From assembly GCF_018350175.1 (NCBI RefSeq), contig NC_058368.1:221714001-221778000 (forward strand): a DNA stretch of 64,000 bases. The letters run 5' to 3'. Below, one piece after another: positions 53,086-64,000 of this stretch. Numbering within the stretch: the first letter of the stretch is position 1; each line of letters starts with the position of its first letter. The notes under the pieces were generated by a model. The model had not been told where the DNA came from, made no database searches, and saw only the letters and a list, made by a program, of their open reading frames with translations. Both the position numbers and the translations under genes were made by a program. This DNA comes from Felis catus. Lineage: Eukaryota.

Positions 53086-54136
53086 GGTATTAATACAGAG
53101 GAGAATCGCAGAGGGGGAGAGCACTATTGTCAATATTAGACAGGTTATAATCTGTGTTTTGTTGGGGAGTGACTTGAAGAAGGGTTATGGAAATGTGAGA
53201 AAGAAACATCACAATTATATTTAGGATGTGTAGATTGTTTCCATATCAGTGAAGCAAATTATAGGAATTTTTAAGAATGGAGTGTAGGAAAAACAGTGAC
53301 ATTTAATTTAGTACTGTTTTCTCCTCTGCTACAAAGCATGTTGTATTCAACCCAAACTGCAGTATATCATATACATTTAATAACTGAAATTATTTTAACC
53401 TACAAGAAGTATATTTGCAGTCATTCCCATGAATGAGGTTGCTGTTTCCAGATTTGCTCAGGAACTCTGAATTTTAACAAAGAAATGATATATATGACAA
53501 CAAAAACAATATTGAAAGTAAACACAATTTTCATATAGATTATTTATCACTTTTTATTTCCACTATTGCACATAAACTGTACCTTTCCTACAAATTAATT
53601 TAACCACATGACCTCATTCAGCACAATTATACATTTATGTTTAATTTTCAAAGTACTCTTAAAAACTATGTGTCACATTCTTATCAACTTTACTCCTTTA
53701 TTGTTTCTTCTTGCTTTGCTCAGTTTTCTCTTTTTCTATTCAGTAGAAAGTCAATGAAAAGTCTTATCACTTATTTTTTCTTAAAAAGCACTATACTTAA
53801 ATGACTTACAAACATTAATTTAAATGGAGCAAATATGAATTCTCTTAGTAATAAAGAAAATAATAGAAAATATTTTACATCAACAGTTAATAAAATGTAT
53901 GTATGAAAATAAGTAAATTTACAAAGTAAAATTGAGGTACAGAAGAGTCAATATTGTGTATGCTATATATTTAAAATCTATATACACATGTATATTTAAA
54001 ATTATTCCTATATTTTATATTTATACACAACATTTTATATATTTTTATTTATACATATTTATCATCTGTGCCAATAAAACATTGATGTCTAAGTGTCAAT
54101 CTGGGAAAATGTGTGGGAAAATGTGTGTTACTTTTT

Positions 54137-54350
54137 TTTTTTTTTTCCAACGTTTATTTATTTTTGGGACAGAGAGAGACAGAGCATGAACGGGGGAGGG
54201 GCAGAGAGAGAGGGAGACACAGAATCGGAAGCAGGCTCCAGGCTCTGAGCCACCAGCCCAGAGCCCGACGCGGGGCTCAAACTCACAGACCGCGAGATCG
54301 TGACCTGGCTGAAGTCGGACGCTCAACCGACTGCGCCACCCAGGCGCCCC
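54137..54350 (-). mobile_element. Young felid SINEC_Fc-type SINE
   Basis: Near-consensus and CpG-rich; perfect TSD gtgtgttacttttt at 54123 and 54351. Confidence 0.97.
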
Positions 54351-54809
54351 GTGTGTTACTTTTTAACACAATTGAAAACATGGCTAACTATAGTCTTTAC
54401 ATTACATCAAAATGGCTTGATCTTTGAAAGTAAATATTTAGTCATATAAATCAATTTTCGTAAATATTTACCTATTATACATCCTCACTAAAGCAGTAAG
54501 AACAGACCTTTTCCCTTTTTAGCTTATGAAAGATTCATAAAAAGAGTCAAATTTTTGAACAATTTTATTTTGTTGCATTTTTTGATTTAATTTTTTGAGA
54601 CTTCTCTTTCTTAAGGAGATTAAAAAGGATTTATGAAATTATGACATAACGTTGTTAAAATTGATTTACATAATAAAGAAAACCAGTCTGAAATGTGTAT
54701 CTCCAAGTATAAAAAGTACATTTTTCTTCCTGCAGTGGATGAGTAATTGTCCATTTTGCTGGGGTAAAATTTGTCATTGAAATAAAGTTCAGTGTCCATA
54801 ACTAACGTT

Positions 54810-55535
54810 CACTCCTTCATTCAACAGGTACTGATGGGGAAGTCACTAAATCTGAGAGCCCACTCTGGATTCTGGGTATAAAGCAGTAAACAAAACAGAT
54901 CCAATCCCTGAACTGAAGCAGCTTCCACTTAGTTGGGAAAGACAGATGATAAATGCAAAATCACTGACAGCAGCTATAAATTCAAGCTTGAGAAGCGTAA
55001 AGCAGGGTACAGGGATACAAGTCATTACTGCATGTGGTGGCTCTTATAATGAGGTGGTCAAAAAACGTTTCTCTGACAGGATGAAATTTCAGCAGACTCC
55101 TGAATGAAGCAGGAAATGAACCATGTAGTGTCTGAGTGAAGCTTGTTCCAGAAAGATTGGGCAGCAGCTGCAAGGGATCCAGTGGGTTGAGTGCACTAAT
55201 GAAAGGGTTCCCGGCCGGAAATGAAGTCAAAGGTGCAGAGAAAGGGCCCTTCTTGGGAAGCCCAATAGGCCAGTCAGTCCAAGGACTCGAAATAGATCAT
55301 GGTATGGGAAAGCCCAGGGTGACTTGAGATCTAAGTTACCTCTATCCTTGTAAAGCCGGGATACTGTGGTGTTCTGAGAATAATGACTAGGAAGTAAGGA
55401 TAGAAATAGACCAGTTACAAACCCACAGAAAGAATCCCAGGAACCGTTGATGGAGGTATGGACCATGCCTTGCGTAGTAATTGAGGTTGTGAGAAATGGT
55501 GAGATTCTGGCGACATTTTAAAGGGACAGCCAAAA
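54810..55535 (-). mobile_element. L2 (L2a-like) 3' region
   Basis: cattcaacagg...gcagtaaacaaaacaga...ctctgacaggatgaaatttcagcagactcctgaatgaag...gagaaatggtgagattctgg...ttttaaagggacagcca. Confidence 0.75.
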
Positions 55536-56012
55536 CATACTTTCATAAAAATTCTGATCATCCAGCAAATTACCAAAGAATTGAATAGATTTGTTCTTAG
55601 TGTTGTAATTTGTCTTAATGTCTAAGTGAGGAAAACCTAGAGGCAATCTTTTGGAAAGGACAATTGTAGCTTGCAGAGTTCATCTATTAAATCTCAAAAA
55701 AGACAAATATCCCAGGGGATCACTTCTGTAACAAAATTCTAAAATTACCTATCATCTGTCTACCTACCTACTTACATACCTACCTACATATCTATCTGCT
55801 GTATGTATTATATTTTGTGTGTTTGTACAAATATGTACATGTAGAATTATGACTTGATTAAACATGGCAGAATGATTTCTTGAAAATAAAACCATTAGAA
55901 AAATTCTGTTGAATAGAGCCCATCAGAAACTCAAAATTAATTTAAACAACTGCAGTTCTTTAGAGTTTTGAGGGAGGGGTGAAGAATGTATTATAGAATT
56001 AGTTGTGTGTAT

Positions 56013-56266
56013 ATTCAGTAAGTTCTCAGAAAAGTTTACCTTGTAGTTACCTTTAGGAGTCGTAGAAAAATTAGGTGTGTGATGACAAATAAATATGTAA
56101 ACGTCAATAGCACTATTCCAGTTACATGGTGATCTTTAAATTCAGTAAGTTCTCAGAAAAGTTTACCTTGTAGTTACCTTTAGGAGTCGTAGAAAAATTA
56201 GGTGTGTGATGATAAATAAATATGTAAAGGTCAATAGCACTATTCCAGTTACATGGTGATCTTTAA
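56013..56266. repeat. Recent tandem duplication, 2 x 127 bp
   Basis: Copies 56013-56139 and 56140-56266 are identical except for 2 substitutions. Confidence 0.97.
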
Positions 56267-56477
56267 ATTACATCTCAGCATAAAATTGTAAAAAAGGGTT
56301 TTAATTAAAACCAAATTCATGCAGGAATTATGTTGTTAATGCATTTATAAAGTCCAAAATATAGTCTACCTTTGAATATGTAGCTATTTGATAAATATCA
56401 GTTACTTTAATTGTTTGGGTAACATTGAGTATGATACTTTGTTTACCGAGTTTTTCTTTTCTGAACTCAACAAACAA

Positions 56478-56620
56478 AATACTGGGTGTTGTATGTAAGT
56501 GATGAATCACTAAATTGTCCTCCTGAAACCAACACTACACTATATTTAAGTGGAATTTAAATGACATCTTAAAATAAAATAAAATAAAATAAAATAAAAT
56601 AAAATAAAATAAATAAAATA
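56478..56620 (+). mobile_element. Short carnivore L1 3' end with (AAAAT)n tail
   Basis: actgggtgttgtatgtaagtgatgaatcactaaatt...tcctgaaaccaa is the reverse complement of the L1 ends at 13.3 and 15.6 kb. Confidence 0.82.
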
Positions 56621-56991
56621 CAAAGTTCTCTGAAGCACGTATTCTCGTTATTGTTTTATCTCCAAAATCTTTATTTGCTTTCCCTTTACCATTTCCCCTC
56701 TCTCTTTCTGAGGAGGGTGTAAGTGGATAAAAATGATAGTCAGGTTTATATGAACAGAGAAGAATGAAAAAAAAAAAACTTTTATTAATTTATTTTTTAA
56801 CATCAGCCTGAATTCAGTTTATGAGCCCTATGACATAATGTTATTTCACTGTGTCACATTGAATTCAGAATAACATTATGAAACTTTACAAATCTTCTTA
56901 AGACACAGGCTATTGGTAAAAATAAAACAAAAGACACAAAAAAAACTACCCTTAGTCTACACTTATGTCACATTGCATTGAGCAGAATTTA

Positions 56992-57142
56992 TTTTTTTTT
57001 AATATATGAAATTTCTTGTCAAATTGGTTTCCATACAACACCCAGTGCTCATCCCAAAAGGTGCCCTCCTCAATACCCATCACCCACCCTCCCCTCCCTC
57101 CCACCCCCCATCAACCCTCAGTTTGTTCTCAGTTTTTAACAG
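56992..57142 (-). mobile_element. Young felid L1 3' end (about 150 bp, 5'-truncated)
   Basis: 17-bp TSD gcattgagca(g/a)aattta at 56975-56991 and 57143-57159; same family as 26611-26862. Confidence 0.93.
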
Positions 57143-58269
57143 GCATTGAGCAAAATTTAAACAAATAGAAAGTACCCTATATGTTCTTAAGTATTATAAC
57201 ATTAAAAACACTAACAAAGTCAAAATAATAGCTGTTAAAAGTTTCATCCCATCTAAAAATTAGGAGATGGGCTACATTTAAAACGAGAGCATAAAGCATT
57301 TTAAATTGAGCAATTTTATTCTTAATTGAAAAAGGAAAGGAAATATATTTTACTCTAGTTTTTTTTCTACTGGAGAACTGAGAATAAATATAATTTATTA
57401 TATAATTACATAGTTAACAGATATAAATATAAAATTACATGAGTTAAAAACATTGAGGGACTAAAAATAGAAATATATTTATAGAAGCACTGTAATTTCC
57501 TTGTTACTATTAAGAAATAAAAGCAATTAAAATACTGTGGTCAACATTTAAGTTCTGCAAAAGGACAATTTTATTATCTTCCATAATTTCTCAGTTCTCT
57601 ACCATTTCTACAAAAATGTCTGTTGGTAACTAGGAAATAAAGAGTGCATGTTTAAAGTAAAGAATGATGATGTGATTTCCTCTCTATTTTCAAATAAGTA
57701 AAACTTTTGGTTTAAAAAAGAATTCTTACTCTTTGATGTTAGTTGGAAATAGTATTTCATTCCAAATAAACATAACTGTTTTCACACTGAATCCAAAGCA
57801 GAATTTTTTTTTTCCCGTAAAAAAGGGAAGTAAAATGTTGTATTCTTTTCCAGGATTTTTAGTAAATAGGCTAAGCTCTCAGCGGGTCCCACTGAACCAT
57901 TCATATTTTACTTAGGTCCTGTTGGTAAAACTCATTTTGTTTTTGAAGCCAAATGGCAAGGAAAGGCTTTCACACCAAATGATTTGGTGAAGAGCACCAC
58001 CGTGTGGTTAATTTTTGAATAACTCTAAGGGGAAAAAGATGAAAAAATTTGGAATCGCTTATTTTATGTAGCCAAACATACACCTTTATTAAATTTAAGA
58101 CACTCCTATTTTTAGCCAGTCTGACATGCTTAAGTTTAAAGAAAAAAATAAGTGGTATTCTTTGTTTCTGTAAATATGATGTCCCAGTTTTTGTAAATAT
58201 TTGTCATCACCTTTTCTTTTAAACATCTTACCTAACTTTGCTAATCAGTCTTATAAACTCTACACTGGC

Positions 58270-59000
58270 TCCTAGACTGAAATTACCAAAGCAGCTCGTT
58301 TTGCTTCCCATCAGGCATTTAAAACTGTGTGTTCTATAGTCTGTTCAAACTCAGAATGACCAAAGTCAAATTCCTTCTCTTCTCCCAACAAGAGCGCTTC
58401 TGTTCATGTCTTCTCCTTCCTAGATAAGGCTCCACTTCCTCTCCAGTTTCGTAACCCCCAAATCTAGACTTTTTTCTTATGTTGCTTCTATTGGCATCAG
58501 CTTCCTTGTGGCAAATAGGACGTAAATCCTGGCCACTAATTTCTCCTGAGCATGGGTTAAAATGTCCCTCTTTCTCTGCCTACTGGGTTGCCATGCATCC
58601 TCCTGGTTATTCCTTCTACCACTGCAATGGCCATTCTCTGAATATATTCATTTAACTTACCCTTTCCTCTATGAGTGGTTGAAACCTAACTCTGTTCCTC
58701 TTACTCTCATGCTAAAGTCCTTTTTTTGTTTCCATCATTAGTAAGATACCAAGCAAATCGTCTGTTTTGTATTATCATCTGCTGCACACATGAATAAGCA
58801 CGCACATATATACAGGCTATTTTCCAACCACACGAAATTCACTGCGATTTCTACCAAATGCACTAGTCTTCCTTTTGCACAGAAGACACTGCCCCACATA
58901 AGTTTCTTAGTTGATTCTTTCTGTTGTTGTTGTTGTTTTTAACTATCTCCCATGTCTCATACCAAAGACTTTCATGAGTCCCTCAGGCAAAGCTGATCAC
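58270..59000 (+). mobile_element. Degraded L2 fragment(s)
   Basis: tcaaactcagaatgaccaaagtcaaattcc...cccaaatctagac...ctaccactgcaatggcc, a pyrimidine-rich L2-like order of motifs. Confidence 0.45.
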
Positions 59001-59458
59001 TTCTTACTTTCTTCAAAAATGTCAGCACTTCTTTCAAACACCTACGATACTTATAGCATTAATACTTTAAACACATCTGTTATTCCTACTATATTTGAGC
59101 CCCCTAAAGCCACTTTATCATGTCTGTATTTGTGTTGTCACAATAAAGGACATTCTTGAAATATACAGGGTGTTTAAATTTTTTATTGACTACAGAACAA
59201 ATGCATTGTGTTGGTTTATTGTTTTAATTTATGATGCATTATTTTTTAGTTCTCAGTACTATGTAAGGTTTAATGTATTTTATAAATTACTTAGAAAGAT
59301 AGTGTTTTACTGATTATGCATATGAGAAATAAGAAACTCAAAGAAAAAAGGTAACTTTTTCAAAGTTGAACAGCTTGTAAATTATAGTATGTTTGAGAAG
59401 CATATTAACTGTTATAACTATTGTTACCAACAATATATGTTAGAAGTAAAATGTGAGA

Positions 59459-59684
59459 GGGGCGCCTGGTTGGCTCTGTCAGTTGGGCCTCTGACTTTTT
59501 CTCAGGTCATGATCTTACCGTTCATAGGTTCAAGCCCCACATCAGACTCTATGCTGACAGCTCAGAACCTGCTCAGGAACCTGCTTTGGATTCTGTGTCT
59601 CCCTCTCTCTCTGCCCCTCCCCCCCCCCCCTTTCTCTCTCTCTCTCTCTGTCTCTCTCAAAAATAATTAAACATTAAAAAAAAG
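59459..59684 (+). mobile_element. CAN-SINE (felid type)
   Basis: TSD agaagtaaa(a/t)tgtga at 59442 and 59685; small internal duplication gctcag(g)aacct. Confidence 0.93.
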
Positions 59685-60372
59685 AGAAGTAAATTGTGAA
59701 CTTGGTTATTCAAGAAAGCTCAAAAAATAATTGGCCTCCCTAGATGATCATGATCTATACTCTGTGTGCATGTAAAACATGTATTTTACTTAAGTATTTA
59801 TAAAAGTTAATGTAATCTTTCATTTTTAGGGTAAAATCTTTCATTTACCCCAAACCCTTAACTAGAAGCACTAGAGTTTCTTTCAGTATTCTTTATTGTT
59901 TTGTTTTGTCTTGCTGAATTAGTTACTGAATTTGTTCCAAAAAGTATCATCACTAAAATATGGGCATAGAGCGAATAATGCCCATGATTCTTAAATTAAT
60001 TCATTAAAACTATCAAAAATTCGTAGTGCTACAAAAATCTGGAGTCTAAATTATGCCCACAAAAATTAAAGGCATTTCTAACAAATAGTTCTGTGACAAA
60101 TTTATGTAGAGGTAACTTTTAGGAAGTACATGTTTCTTCACTTTAATAATTTTATTTAGATAATACGTTTTTTGTCTGGTCATTCCATTGGGTTTCTTTT
60201 TGTTTTAGTTTTTTTTTTTTTTTTTAATTTTAAAACTGAAAGGCCGTTGAAATTTGTCAACAACTAAAATTCAGGTTTTAAAAATGGCCACATTTGACTT
60301 GTTTCCCTTTTTTGTTGGGGAATTTTTACCTAATCATGTAACAACTTTTATGCATCAAATAATTAGTTCATG

Positions 60373-60580
60373 GGGGCACCTGGCTGGCTCAGCTGGTTGA
60401 GCTTCGGACTCTTTGTTTTGGCTCAGGTCATGATCTCCCGGACTGTAAGTTCAAGCCCGGTGTCGGGCTCCGTGCTGACAGTGCGGAGTCTGTTTGAGCT
60501 TCTCTCTCTGCTCCTCCCCACTCTCCTTCAGCACGCAGGCTCTCTCTCTCTCTCTCAAAAATAGGTAAATAAACTTAAAA
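60373..60580 (+). mobile_element. CAN-SINE
   Basis: ggggcacctggctggctcag...gctcaggtcatgatctc...(CT)n caaaaata. Confidence 0.92.
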
Positions 60581-61020
60581 ATAATTACCTCTCTAGTTTT
60601 TAGTAAGTTGCTGAGTTGAATTCCTTCCTCAACAATGATAGGATACACAAACTGCCGTCTACCCCCAACACACAGAACATGATCTGACCCCCGAGTTTTA
60701 CACTTTTCCATACCATTTATTGCCGCCCAACATGGTACATATTTTGCCTATGTATCTTATTGTTGTCCATCAACTCCTAGAAGACAGAAAACTCCACACA
60801 GGTGATGATTTTTGTCTGCTTTGCTTAGTTCTAGCATGGGTAATCATGTCTAGAACGTGGTAGGATGTCCAAAAAATATTTATTGAAAGGTATAGAATTT
60901 ATTTTATGGAATTTAACCTTTGCTCACCTTCCATCAGGGTCGTTAGCTTCTGACTTCCCCATGTGTGGTTTTTCTTATTTCAGTTCCTATCATTATTACA
61001 TCCTCAGGAATGCATTTCCT

Positions 61021-61226
61021 GGGTGCCTGGGTGGCTCAGTCGGTTAAGAGGTCGATTTGGCTCAATCATGTATGATCTTGTGACTTGTGGGTTTGAGCCC
61101 CATATCTTGCTCTCTGCTGTTGGCATGGAGCCCACACTTTGGATCCTGTCTCCCTCTCTCTGTCCCTCCCCCGCTCAAGCTCACTCTCTGTCTTTGTCTC
61201 TCTCAAAAATAAATAAACATGAAAAA
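61021..61226 (+). mobile_element. CAN-SINE
   Basis: TSD aatgca(t/c)ttcc at 61009 and 61227. Confidence 0.92.
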
Positions 61227-62009
61227 AATGCACTTCCAATGTGCTCTATGTAATTATGTTTCCTCGTGTCTTATTACCTCATTTTCCTCATAAATCTTAA
61301 CACTAGCTGAAAATTATGCACTTACTAATTTTGTTGTTGTTGTTGTTGTGGCCATCCTTTTCTACAATATAAGGCTTGTGATAAAATGGACTTCATTTAA
61401 CTTGTTAACCACTCTATTCTCAGCACCAAACATTTGATTTGATCAATGTGAATCTAAATTGATGTGAATAAATCAAAGAAGTACGTGCAGATATCATCTA
61501 TGAATGATTTTCTATGTAACATGAGTTGTGGTCAAGTTCTGGAATAAATTCTTATGAAACAGAAAGTGCCAGCAACAAATAAATAAATTGGTTACCATGT
61601 CGATCATAAAACTAAGTTTTGGGAAACTTAATTTTCCTTTAAAATGACGCTTGATCAGAAAATCTTATCTTTGTAGCACACCCTGGCACAAAGAAATTAC
61701 TTTGTAAGATCTTTTCCGTCTTGTCTTTTCATCATGGTTCAGGCTGGTATAAGTCTGTTTTCTGCTTGTCCTGAAAGGCACCTACCCTGATTTGGATAAA
61801 GGTTCAGCCTTCAGTCATTTGGATTGATTGAAAATATTTCCTTCCATTGGCCATTAAGAACCACTATATGATTGAGAAAGTAGAATCTTATTACTGAAGA
61901 ATACATTGTGTTGAGTGATGACTTTACTCTGTTGGCAAAATAATACCGATACGTGTTAACCATAAAAATTGAAGCAATATAGAGGAGGAAAAAGTAAAGA
62001 CAGATGGAA

Positions 62010-62300
62010 GTGTGGGTCAGAGGATACCGTAACTGGGTCCTCTGCTGAAACCTCAGCGCCTCTCAGGCTGAAATCAAGGCGTCGGCTGGGGTGCCATCTG
62101 ATTTGAAGCTTAGAGACACTTTCCAAGCTTATTGGTTGTGGGCAGAGTTCATTTCTTTGTGGCTTTATGACTGAGGTCGGTATTTCTTGCTAGTTATTGG
62201 CTAGGTTTCAGTGTCAACTCCGGTAGGTGCCCCTTGAGGACTTGCCAGGTGGTTTCTACCCTCATGAGTTTACTTCTTCAAGGCCAGGAGGAAATTATCT
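62010..62300 (-). mobile_element. MaLR LTR fragment (MLT1E/F-like)
   Basis: ctgggtcctctgct...aggctgaaatcaaggcgtcggctggg...ttccaagctta...ttgtgggcagagttcatttctt...gactgagg...ttcttcaaggcca. Confidence 0.75.
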
Positions 62301-64000
62301 GCACTGCCTTTTTTTATTTATTTTTATTTTTTAAGTTTATTTTAACCATCAGGTGGGAGTGGCACCTTAATCAAGCAGGTAAATAAAATGAATAAAATGT
62401 AGATCTTGTCTAGAAAGAAGTTGCCCAATCATGTAGATAATCAGGAGCATTTTGATGTCTAGGAGAAAGTAAGGGCAGAGGAGGGGAACACATGGTATTA
62501 GTGGCTATATTCTGAGACAGAAGTGAATTCTGGCCCCCCTCACCCCAAAGGGGTAAGTATAAGCTAGGACAGCTCAGGTAGCTTTCTAGGCAAAAGGACC
62601 CAAGGTGATCACGTCAAAATAATCTTACGTTAGAAGATAGGGGTCAGTATGATGGAAAATTATATTGTTTCACATTCATAGAGCATTTAGGGTTTATAAA
62701 AACAGGAAATATATTTTTCTATGTCCTCTAATTTGAATGACCTAGCACAGCCCTCTTTCTTACACATCGGTCTCTCTCATTCATTAAACGAGATGACATG
62801 TTTCTCACGAATTTCTGAGTTTGTCGAATGCAGAAAAAGCAAATCTGGTTTGTCATTGCACCCAGGAAGCATTCCAAGCCTCACCACCATGTAGGCTGTT
62901 GATATTTTTTAAATTAATTCAATATTAAATGGCTTAATTTTGTTAGATATTTCTTCTTTTTCTCAACCTAAAGTTACCATTTTAATAATTTGAATTTTGT
63001 TAATTCCACTGAGACACTATTACAATAAGCCTAACTCAGGTTCAAAAGGATATCCCTTTAAATATTTAAAAATGGTTTTCCTATCTTGCTTTGATCTTTA
63101 TTCTATGTAAACATTCTCAGTAATTGTTAACAGTTTCATATTTTCTGCTTGAATAATGCTTTGCTGTCCTATTCTGGCAATTGGTTTTTGTTGTTGTTGT
63201 TTGTTGTTTTGTTTTGCTTTTTCATGATTTTGATTCCTTTAACAAAACACAGTAGTCAAGCTGTAGGCTTATCGAAATAGCAACATGGGACTACCTCCTT
63301 TTTTGTTCTTGATATTATGTTCCTATTCATTTAACCAATAGCTAAAATATCAATGATGGCATATTATGCATGCCATTATTTACTTTTATTGGCTTAATGA
63401 TAAATTGAAATTCTTGACAAAACAGATGGAAATTGAAGAAAATAAATATCATATTGACATAATATAATAGGCAAATAGGCATGAGAAAAGTCACTAAAAA
63501 TACATAAAAAGATAAAAGAAAACATTGAGCGCAAAACAGATAAAAAATGAATAAAATTAGACAAATTAGATAAATAAGGGAATAATTACAGGGAAAATAA
63601 ATATAGATTCCCCTGAATGAAAATGATTGTGAACAGAACTTAATGTCACGTCTCAGTGGTGTTACTATTTGCTCTAATAAACTCCATGGAATTGTGAGAG
63701 TTTTTGAGGATTTCACAGGGATTTTTTAAAATTTTCCATTTTCATCCTCAGAGAAAGTGCATAAAATTATGGTCTTATCCTTAAGGGAGAAATAGATCTT
63801 CCTTATTTTCCCCAGGTGTGTTGAGACAAAAAACAGATCTGTTGACACAGCAATTAGCAAGTCATTGGAGTCACAGCAGAGGGAATTAATTTAGAAAACA
63901 GAAACTACTAAAGGTCCCTGAAAATCTCTATGTTAATGTTAATTTCATATTGTCTTAGTTTTTCATAGGTGATGAGAAGGGAGAGCCATTGACTCTAAAG

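Noticed and set aside
56013..56266. Direct repeats as a CRISPR-like array
   Set aside because: Only two contiguous copies, no spacers, and a eukaryotic intron context.
63342..63716. 124-aa hydrophobic ORF (-), and similar F/I/L-rich ORFs elsewhere
   Set aside because: Compositional artefact of A-rich, probably old L1-derived sequence; no domain signal or splice context.
63950..64000. Acceptor-like ttttcatAG|gtgatg near the window end as the next CDH12 exon
   Set aside because: The next exon should begin in phase 0 with a PLDFE-type sequence; no such sequence is seen after 51958, so it probably lies beyond the window.

Overview
AT-rich mammalian genomic DNA from a felid, judged from the young cat-type tRNA-derived CAN-SINEs (SINEC_Fc-like) and felid-type L1 3' ends. 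The whole window appears to lie inside a type II classical cadherin gene on the + strand, which I recognise as CDH12 (cadherin-12). Three internal coding exons with canonical AG/GT boundaries are present: 17780-17899 (120 nt), 30018-30185 (168 nt) and 51771-51958 (188 nt). They splice into one uninterrupted frame encoding most of EC2, the EC2-EC3 Ca2+-binding linker and about half of EC3. The start and end of the gene lie outside the window. The rest is intron: 16 CAN-SINEs, many with target-site duplications (TSDs); truncated L1, L2 and CR1/L3 fragments; MIRs; MaLR LTRs; Tigger- and hAT-type DNA transposon relics; microsatellites; and local tandem duplications. Nearly all ORFs in the supplied track are spurious or repeat-derived. 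I see no evidence of a new multi-gene system. The best leads are regulatory or RNA-processing hypotheses: a young inverted SINE pair flanking two symmetric exons that would circularise into a stop-free 96-codon loop; same-orientation CTCF-like motifs; a weak acceptor carrying QKI/RBFOX-type motifs; an intronic read-through/poly(A) option; and a recent 127-bp tandem duplication. Repeat subfamily names come from visual recognition only and boundaries are approximate unless TSDs are given.
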